A program made the position numbers and the translations under genes. The notes under the pieces are model-generated. The model worked only from the letters and a program-made list of their open reading frames with translations, was not told the origin of the DNA and searched no databases. A stretch of DNA of 64,000 bases from Calditrichia bacterium (GTDB lineage: Bacteria > Calditrichota > Calditrichia > JAJRVZ01), in the NCBI GenBank assembly GCA_963777955.1, contig CAVZSQ010000017.1, positions 1 to 64,000 on the forward strand, given 5' to 3'. Shown here one piece after another: positions 55,602-64,000 of the stretch (within the stretch, counting starts at the first letter, position 1; each line of letters starts with the position of its first letter).

Positions 55602-56760
55602 ATGTGTAAGCATTTCACAAGATTCTTATCTTATGACTTTGATTATTTCAATTTTATTTTCAGTTTCAATAATTCAGGCTCAGGTAGATACACTCTGGAC
55701 CAAAACGTTTGGGGGAAGTGGTAGAGATGTGGGTTTATCAGTCCAACAGACTATTGATGACGGATATATTATAACTGGATTTACATCTTCCTTTGGTGCT
55801 GGGTACGATGATGTTTGGCTGATTAAAACAAATGCTAATGGTGACACGCTGTGGACAAAAACATTTGGGGGGAGTAATATGGATTGGGGTCAGTCTGTCC
55901 AGCAAACGATGGATGGAGGATATATCATAACTGGAAGTACACCTTCACTTGGTAGTAATGGTTACGCTGATGTCCGGCTAATTAAAACAAATGCTGATGG
56001 TGACACGCTGTGGACAAGAACGTTTGGGGGAAGTTATTTTGGTGAAGGGATATCAGTTCAGCAAACTAATGATGGAGGATATTCCATGGCCGGAGATACA
56101 TGGTCATTTGGTACAGGTCATTGTGATATTCGGTTGATTAAAACAAATATCGATGGTGACACGCTTTGGACAAAAACGTTTGGGGGCAGTAATAACGAAT
56201 ATGTCAGTGAAGCCATGCAGACTAAAGATGAAGGTTATGTTTATAATTGGATGGACGAATTCATTTGGTGCTAGTCAACGAGATGCTTGGTTGATCAAAA
56301 CAAATGCCGATGGTGACACACTATGGACAAAAACGTTTGGAGGAAGTGGTGATGATTGGGGTCAAGCAATTCAACAAACTTCTGATGAAGGGTATATTCT
56401 AACTGTACTGACATTTTCATTCGGTGATGTAAACGGTGATATTTGGCTTATTAAAATTAATACCTTTGGTGATACGATCTGGACAAAAACATTTGGGGGA
56501 AGCGGTTGGGATGGTGGTAATTCTATCCAGCAGACGAATGATGGAGGATATATTTTAACAGGATATACAGATTCATTCGGTGTTGAAGTTGTGAAGTCTG
56601 GTTGATTAAAACCAATGCCTCTGGCGATACGCTCTGGACAAAAACGTTTGGGGGAATTAATATGGATGATGGTATTTCTGTTCAGCAGACGAAGGATGGA
56701 GGGTCTATAATCACTGGTTAGACATGTTCATTTAGTGCCGGCGAAGATGAATCTGGTTAG
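55602..56760 (+). pseudogene. Propeller array copy 2, truncated: TAG in repeat 7 and no C-terminal domain
   Basis: Seven DTLWT repeats, ACTGGT-TAG at 56718-56720, then runs directly into a heptamer tract. Confidence 0.7.
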
Positions 56761-56774
56761 GTGAAACAAGATTG

Positions 56775-56823
56775 AAATTTGGTTTTTGGAATTTGTTTTC
56801 TAGAATTTGGAATTTGGAATTTC
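56775..56823. repeat. Heptamer tract 3 (right arm only)
   Basis: TTTGGTT TTTGGAA TTTGTTT TCTAGAA TTTGGAA TTTGGAA. Confidence 0.8.
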
Positions 56824-56907
56824 GTATTCTATATTAATAAAGAAATCATATCGTATTTAAAAGAAGACGTCTAATAACTTGAAAAATACTTAGAGAATGG
56901 AGTGAAT

Positions 56908-58384
56908 ATGTGTAAGCATTTCGTAGAACACTTTTCACTGAGTATCATTTTTGGAATTTTCATATATCTAGTTCAATAATTCAGGCTCAGGTAGATACAC
57001 TCTGGACGAAAACATTCGGGAGGAATGGTTACGACTGCGGTTATTCTGTCCAGCAGACTTCCAGGGAAGGATATATTTTAACCGGAACTACAACTTCGTT
57101 TGGTGCCGGTAATTATGATGTTGGTTGATTAAAACAGATGATTCGGGTGATACACTGTGGACAAAAACTTTCGGAGGAAGTAAGGAAGATCAGGGTTTTT
57201 CAATACAGAAGACTTCAGATGACAGGGTATATAATAACTGGATATAGAAAATCATTCGGGATGGGTGCACAGGATGTTTGGGTGATTAAAACAGATGCTA
57301 TGGGTGATACACTCTGGACAAAGACTTTTGGTAAAAATGGTGACGACTATGGTAATTCAATACATCAGACTTCAGATGAAGGATATATTTTAACTGGAAC
57401 TACAACTTCATACGGCGCTGGTAATTATGATTTGTGGTTGATTAAAACAAATACCTTGGGCGATACACTTTGGACAAAAACTTTTGGTGGAAGCGGTGAG
57501 GATCGGGGTTATTCAGTACAACAAACTTCAGATGGAGGATTTATTATAACTGGAAGCACAGACTTCTTACGGCGCCGGTAATCTTGACGTTTGGTTGATT
57601 AAAACAGATACCGCTGGTGATATAGAGTGGACAAAAACCTTTGGAGGAATTTATTCGGATCTTGGTAGATCAGTCCAGCAGACTATGGATGAAGGATATA
57701 TTATTACAGGATATACATCTTCATTCGGTGCAGGTGGGAATGATGTTTGGGTGATTAAAACTGATGCTGATGGCAATGGACTTTGGGCAAAGACGTTCGG
57801 CGGAAGTCAACCTGATAACGGTAGCACTCAATCCAGCAGACTTCAGATGAGGGATATATTTTAACAGCGAGTACATATTCATTCGGCACTGGTAATCGTG
57901 ATACTTGGTTGATTAAAACTGATATCAATGGTGATACACTATGGACAAAAACATTTGGGGGCGGCGGGGAAGACATAGACTGGTTCTGTCCAAAGAACTT
58001 TAGATCAGGGAGATATTATCATCGGAGTTACTAATTCATTCGGCACCAGTGGTGCTGATGTTTGGCTGATTAAAACTACTTTTGATGCTACTTCAATTGA
58101 AAAAACCAATATTACTACTCCCTCAGATTATACGTTATCTCAGAATTTTCCAAATCCCTTCAATCCAAAAACAACTTTTAAGTTCTCTATTCCAAAATCA
58201 GATCAGGCAACAATCTCTATCTATACCATTTCTGGCCAGATAATTGAATCAAAAACCATGAATTTGAATCTGGTTCTATAGTTATGAATTTGATGGAACA
58301 AAATATTCCACAGGCATATATTTTTATAAAATCTCGACTTCATCAGGTTTTACGGCAGAACAGAAAATGGTGTTGTTAAAATAA
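56908..58384 (+). CDS. Propeller array copy 3 with C-terminal domain (many indels)
   Basis: MCKHF leader, seven repeats, [18 protein letters not shown]. Confidence 0.85.
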
Positions 58385-58463
58385 TTTGTAATTGGTAATT
58401 GGATTTTGGAATTTGAATTTTGAAATTTGATTATTGGAATTTGTTACTTGGTGCTTGGAATTT
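58385..58463. repeat. Heptamer tract 4 (right arm only)
   Basis: TTTGTAA TTGGTAA .. TTTGGAA TTTGAAT TTTGAAA TTTGATT ATTGGAA. Confidence 0.8.
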
Positions 58464-58534
58464 ATAGTAAATTTATATAGTATTTATCAGAAGACGTCTA
58501 ATAATTAAAAAATATTCTACAGAATGGAGTGAAT

Positions 58535-60028
58535 ATGTGTAAACATTTCACAGAACACTTTTCTTTGAGTATTATTTTATTAATTTTCTTTTCTATTTCA
58601 ATAATTCAGGCTCAGGTGGATACGCTTTGGACTAAAACGTTTGGGGGAGGTGGCACTGATGCATGGGTTTTTCAGTCCAGCAGACTACAGATGGACGGCT
58701 ATATTCTAGCTGGAGAGACAAATTCATTCGGTGCTGGTGAAAATGATGTTTGGCTGATTAAAACCAATGCCGATGGTGATACGATCTGGACAAAAACGTT
58801 TGGGGGAAGTAGTGATGATCTGGTTATTCAGTCCAGCAGACTATAGATGGTGGGTATATTATAACTGGAGTATACATATTCATTCGGTGCTGGTAACTGT
58901 GATGTTTGGCTAATTAAAACCAATGCCTCTGGTGATACGCTGTGGACAAAAACGTTTGGAGGAAGTCGAATAGAGGATTTGGGGTAATTCAGTCCAGCAG
59001 ACCACAGATGAAGGATATATTATAACTGGAAATACACATTCATTCTGGTGGTTGATGGTTTCAAAGAATGATTTGGCTGATTAAAACCAATGCATCTGGT
59101 GATACACTCTGGACAAAAATATTTGGGGGAAATGGTTCTGAGAGGGGTTATTCAGTCCAGCAGACTACAGATGAAGGGTATATTATAACTGGATCCATAC
59201 TCATAGTCATATGAGTTATCGATGTTTGGCTGATTAAAACAAATGCTTCTGGTGATACACTCTGGACAAAAACATTTGGGGGAATGGACTTGGATTGTGG
59301 GTTATTCAGTCCAGCAGACTGCAGATGAAGGGTATATTATAACTGGATTATACAGAGATTCATTCGGCTGCGATGGTTATGATGAGATGTTTGGTTGATT
59401 AAAACCAATGCCTCTGGTGATACGCTCTGGACAAAAACATTTGGGGGAAGTGGTGATGATGAGGGGTATTCAGTCCAACAGACTATAGATGAAGGGTATA
59501 TTATAACTGGATATACAGATTCATTTGGTGCTGGCTGACTGATGATATTTGGCTGATTAAAACCAATGCCGATGGTGATACACTCTGGACAAAAACATTT
59601 GGGGGAGTGGTTATGATATTGGTAATTCAGTCCAGCAGACTATAGATGAAGGCTATATTATAACTGGATATACATCTTCATTCGGTGCTGGTGGTTCTGA
59701 TGTTTGGCTGATTAAAACTACTCCTGAGGTAAGCACAATTGAAAAAAGTGATATTAATACCCTTTCAGATTATACGTTATCGCAAAATTTTCCAAATCCC
59801 TTCAATCCTAAAACAACTTTTAAATATTATATTCCCAAATCAGATCAGGTAACGATCTCTATCTATACTATTTCCGGTCAGATAATTGAATCAAAAACCA
59901 TGAATTTAAATCCTGGTTCATACAGTTATGAATTTGATGGTTCTAAATATTCTACAGGCATCTATTTTTATAAAATCTCGACTTCATCTGGTTTTACTGC
60001 GAGGCGTAAGATGGTATTGCTGAAATGA
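58535..60028 (+). CDS. Propeller array copy 4 with C-terminal domain (many indels); closest to copy 1
   Basis: [32 protein letters not shown], seven repeats, [20 protein letters not shown]. Confidence 0.85.
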
Positions 60029-60062
60029 TCATTTGGGGAAGTCGGAACAGGGATCAACTAGT

Positions 60063-60122
60063 GACCCACCCCTGCCCCTCCCTTTCAGTCTCTTGACTGA
60101 AAGGGAGGGGTGTGGGGAGGGT
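60063..60122. repeat. REP-like palindrome family A, copy 7
   Basis: Near-identical to copy 6, including the upstream spacer. Confidence 0.85.
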
Positions 60123-60138
60123 TGTTTTTCAAACATTT

Positions 60139-60210
60139 GCCGCAACATTAATGTTGCGGCTACCGGGAAGATTATTCATTCTTTTCCCGCAATCTAAAGA
60201 TTGCGACTAC
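60139..60210 (-). repeat. Two GTAG-tagged REP elements
   Basis: Minus strand GTAGCCGCAACATTAATGTTGCGGC (60139-60163) and GTAGTCGCAATCTTTAGATTGCGG (60187-60210). Confidence 0.75.
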
Positions 60211-60474
60211 TTAAACTCAATGGTCTCTTAGTATATTGACTGTCACCTGTCCTGGTATTTCCGATCGAAGGGCTCCTCAAATTTTAATAATACTTTCTCC
60301 AGACTTGTTTTCACATAACTGTGCGATTTAAAATACCAACCACAATTTGTTTTCTACATTAATAATACCTGTACAGGTTTAAATCGGTTCTGGTAAGCTG
60401 ATCGCATTAATTTTACCCCTCACCACCATAGTTTTTAGCCTGATTCCAGATTCATCCTGCATTCATTAACACCA

Positions 60475-60491
60475 CAGGCATGGTTCTTGCA
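60475..60491 (+). promoter_or_regulatory. Putative sigma54 -24/-12 promoter
   Basis: CAGGCATGGTTCTTGCA against consensus YTGGCACGRNNNTTGCW, with correct GG-N10-GC spacing. Confidence 0.5.
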
Positions 60492-60503
60492 TAAGCAGAA
60501 CTC

Positions 60504-62500
60504 ATGAATTTGTATTATCATATAAGTCTTCGCGCTTTCCGATTATATATCAAAAGTCCCGTTAAGCAGATTCTTGCTGATATTCCTGCTGCAAAGTTTA
60601 TTCTGGAATGCTCCAGCACCACTGTATGGACAGACTGGATTCACTGGCCGAGGTGATCAGCGAATCCATTCCCGATCAGAATGAGATTAATTCGCTGCTG
60701 GAGGAATTTACGGGCAATCCGCTCGATCTTAATTCTGCCAGCCGGGCTGAACTGGAATACTTCTCATTTCTCTACACCGGCGCAGATCGATACAATACTC
60801 GAATCCCGGCCCTTTCAAGCATAAAAGTGCATTGGCCGGCATTTTAGGCAGGTCAACTTATAAACTTTTTGCCCCCTTTTTTACGGTTACCAGAAAATTA
60901 CCCCCTTTTCATTCCTCGGCTGTCATCCGCTGGCAATCCGTTCTGGAACACAATAAAGGTCTGCGAGAAAAAATATACCGGGGCTCAGCCGGAGTCGCTT
61001 TACACCCGCCTGCAATTTCAGTACCGGCCGACGCTCAGCGGAGGTATCCTTACTCAGAAAGATGCCGGTGAATCTTCACTCTATGACCACTATGCCGGAT
61101 TTTTACAATGGCTTGACCCGCCGGGCAGATTTAAAATTATTCTGGGTACTTATCAGCTCCAGGCGGCACAGGGGCTGGTCTTTGCTGCTCCCTTCGGCAG
61201 CAGTAAAGGCATCTTCCCCATGACACCCTCGCAATTTAATGCCATAAAAGCATCCCCGTTTTTGTCATCCGGCGAGAACGATGGTTTCCTGGGTATGGCC
61301 GGTCAGATCAGCATTTTTGACTACGCCAGATTGACCCTCTTTTACTCCAATCGATCCAGGGATGCTACCATCACAGACGGACAGGTAAAAAATATTGCCG
61401 GCAGCGGCTATCATCGCACCCCTGCGGAAATTATGGGGATGGATGCCTTGCATGAAATGATGATGGGAACCGGCGGTTCGGTTTTTATCTCCCGGACTAT
61501 TTCTTTTGGTGCATTGATGTTTTCTACCAGATATAAAACACAGATAGCATCTCCGGCCGGCCCGGCTATGACTACGCTGGCAGATTCAGTTCCTGATTTT
61601 CTATCCGGACCGATAAAGTGTTGTTCCTTCTTTGGCCATGCTGCAGTTTTTGGTTTGAATCTTTCAGCCGAACTGGCCACCAGCAACTTCCGCAAAATGG
61701 CCGGGCAGTTTGTACTGGCTTACAGTTATCTTGAGCATGAGGCGGGTATAAAGTGCTGGTGGATCCCCAAAGAATTTACCTCCCCCTTTGGCAGGTCTTT
61801 TGCCAGTAATTCCTCCTTTCCACAGGCAAAAAACGGTGTCTATTTCGCTGTCTCCGCTTTAGCCGGAACGAATTTTCCTGTGGATATTTACTGGACTATT
61901 GAAAAAGATTTATGGCCAGGCGGCTTTAATCCCCTGCCCTTATTTCAAAAGGAATTTGCAGTACAGACCAGTTATCATGCCGACCACTTGACCCTTATCT
62001 CCGGGAAATACCGTTACAGCGAACATTATTATTTTACCACAGACAAATCACAGACCCGTCCCCGTTATTTATACCAATTCCGCTTACAGTTGGAAAAATC
62101 ATTTTCCCCGCGTTTGCGGATCCGCTGCCGTCTGGAAAAGATGCTGCTGGCCCAGAGTCACTCCTTAAACGGAATTAATCTCTATCATGACCTGGACTGT
62201 CGTATCGGTTCTGCTGTCAATCTGATCGTTCGTTTCAGTTCTTTCGGGTCGGACGATTATCTGGTCCATACTTATGAATATGAAAACGATCTGCCCGGAG
62301 TTTTTTCCAGCTACCCGGTCTATGGCCGGGGCAATAAATGGTACCTGCTGATTAAGTGGCAAATTTCAAATCATCTGACTTGCTGGGCTAAATACAGGAA
62401 ATTTTACCAGGATGGTGTAAACACCATCGGCAGCGGTAATGAATTAATCGACAGTGATCACAAGCAGGAAGTGAGATTCCAGTTAAACTGGGAATACTAG
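60504..62500 (+). CDS. Helix-hairpin-helix (ComEA-like) domain outer-membrane protein (frameshifted N-terminus, start uncertain)
   Basis: PLDLNSASRAELE HhH lead-in, QKDAGE..DHYAGF, GTYQLQAAQGL, GYHRT, YEYENDL, C-terminal beta-strand RFQLNWEY. Confidence 0.75.
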
Positions 62501-62534
62501 AATTATAAATCCCGGCGGTTAAACTGCAGGATAC

Positions 62535-63308
62535 TCAAATCAGAAATATGCCGGTTAAAATCACACAGATAAACATATCCTGGGAAAGGGATGTTTTATT
62601 CATTATAATTTCGCTGGGTTGATATAATTTGAAATAACTAAATGTCTGAAAACTCTTTAACGAATCGTTTACCCGGGTAATGGTATCATAAAAATATAAA
62701 AAGACGACCAGGCCGATAATCCGGCTGAGCGCTTTACCCCGTTCATTCTGGAAAGAGGCCAGGGCCAGGGCCAGGGCAGCCATGCTCAGATAAAAGAAAA
62801 AAGCCAGCACTGCAATACGGGCATAATCGGAAACATGCAGTCCCAGCGAAAATTGCGTATTGGCGGCCAGAGTGCCCAGGACGATCGCCACGATCTGAAA
62901 AGCAGTTGCGGAAAGAATGAAGATAAACAGATGGGTGGGCACCACCGAGCGGTGGACCGGCTTGGAAAAGAAGATATCAAAATTCCTCGATTCAATTTCA
63001 CCGCTGATATAGCGCGCCGGTATACTTATGGCTAAAAACGACAAACTGATCAGGATCAAGGGATGGGCATAACCGAAAGCTATCATCTGTGTATAATAAA
63101 ATTCAGTCCCCGCCTGTACGCCTAAAAATGAAGTTATCTCCGCCGGTAAAAACTTAAAGTACGATTCGATAAAACTGCTGATCGGCGATCTGAAAAAAAC
63201 CCAGGCATACAGATATTCAAATAAGCCGCAGAATACAACCAGGATGAGCACAACATAGCGCTGATCATGCCATACTTTTTTCAGATAGGGGATCTGTAAT
63301 AAGTGCAT
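62535..63308 (-). CDS. ABC-2 type permease
   Basis: About 6 TM segments, ISGEIE..FSKPVHR motif. Confidence 0.85.
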   Translation of the reverse strand: MHLLQIPYLKKVWHDQRYVVLILVVFCGLFEYLYAWVFFRSPISSFIESYFKFLPAEITSFLGVQAGTEFYYTQMIAFGYAHPLILISLSFLAISIPARYISGEIESRNFDIFFSKPVHRSVVPTHLFIFILSATAFQIVAIVLGTLAANTQFSLGLHVSDYARIAVLAFFFYLSMAALALALASFQNERGKALSRIIGLVVFLYFYDTITRVNDSLKSFQTFSYFKLYQPSEIIMNKTSLSQDMFICVILTGIFLI

Positions 63309-63327
63309 CCGGATCTGTTCACCCTGC

Positions 63328-64000
63328 TTAATTGTAATAGGTCAAAAAGGTCTCTTCCAGAGTCGGTTCCGGGAAGACCAGGTTATTGACCGGGTACTGC
63401 GTTATTTTTTTCAACAACAGATTTATATCTCCGCTGACCAGGAATACAAAATGGTTATGCTGCTGTTCACTTAATTTGACACCGGCCATTTCAAATTGCC
63501 GCGGGTCGATGTCATCGGCAAAGGTTATCTCCATTTTGCGGACCATTTTTTTCTTCAGGTCACTGATCTTTTCTTCGGCGATCAGCTTGCCCTCCCGCAC
63601 CAGCCCGACCCGGTCACAGATCTTTTCCACCTCGGCCAGGTTATGTGAAGAAAAAAATATAGTTTTCCCGGAGGTTTTAAACTTGTGGATATATCGATAT
63701 AATATATTTTTATTGATCGGATCGAGGCCTTCGCTAGGCTCATCCATAATCAGTAATTGCGGATCGCATTGCAGCGCCTGAATAATCGCCAGCTTCTGTT
63801 TCATGCCGTGCGAGTAGTACTTGATCTTCTTCATTAAATCCTGGGGAGTCAGTTGAAAGGCCTGCACTAATTCAGGCTGGAGAACAGCCGCTTTGGCATT
63901 GGCGGCAGCCATATAATCCAGAAAGTACTTGCCGGTCAGATCCTCATACAGTTTAAATTCGCCCGGCACATTGCCGATCTCTTTGAAAATACGCTGATAA
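63328..64000 (-). CDS. ABC transporter ATP-binding protein (5' end outside the window)
   Basis: PGE, YSHGMKQK, MDEPSEGLDP, SSHNLAEVE. Confidence 0.9.
   Translation of the reverse strand, partial: YQRIFKEIGNVPGEFKLYEDLTGKYFLDYMAAANAKAAVLQPELVQAFQLTPQDLMKKIKYYSHGMKQKLAIIQALQCDPQLLIMDEPSEGLDPINKNILYRYIHKFKTSGKTIFFSSHNLAEVEKICDRVGLVREGKLIAEEKISDLKKKMVRKMEITFADDIDPRQFEMAGVKLSEQQHNHFVFLVSGDINLLLKKITQYPVNNLVFPEPTLEETFLTYYN

Noticed and set aside
52373..60028. Diversity-generating retroelement acting on the propeller genes
   Set aside because: No reverse transcriptase or Avd gene, no template/variable repeat pair, and the differences are not confined to adenines.
52128..60028. CRISPR array
   Set aside because: The periodic units are coding 153-bp blades or 7-mers, with no constant repeat plus unique spacers; no cas genes.

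Overview
Bacterial chromosomal window, probably from a Calditrichota/KSB1-like or other FCB-adjacent lineage. This is inferred from the [12 protein letters not shown] C-terminal domains, the TonB receptor and a Bacteroidetes-type VLRF1. About 20 otherwise intact genes are broken by 1-bp indels, which points to an unpolished long-read consensus, so split ORFs are joined below and some boundaries are approximate. Contents in order: a secreted beta-helix protein; msrB; a pterin operon (two CX5HGH-type PTPS genes, folE, SDR); a TPP-riboswitch operon (TonB receptor, thiN, sodium:solute symporter); a radical SAM enzyme and a methyltransferase; two exported D-aminoacylases, iaaA, an ABC-F ATPase and two PepF paralogues; pgm and a Vms1-like release factor; a MITE-like element; a 2-hydroxyacid dehydrogenase, a SpoIIE phosphatase, aroC, an ABC system, a GNAT and DUF72; M1-M28-PDZ and M16 peptidases; PDZ and GGDEF-EAL proteins; a tricarboxylate cluster (aminotransferase, citF, TrmB, citryl-CoA lyase, AD-variant HD protein, beta-decarboxylating dehydrogenase, PrpD); a tandem array of four 7-repeat secreted propeller genes with variable loops, separated by heptamer repeat tracts and interrupted by an AT-rich islet ending in a tRNA-Sec-like 3' fragment; a ComEA-like outer-membrane gene behind a sigma54-like site; and an ABC transporter. 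Several distinct extragenic palindrome families are scattered through the window. The best candidates for undescribed biology are the citF/ccl/HD/dehydrogenase/prpD pathway and the variable-loop propeller array.
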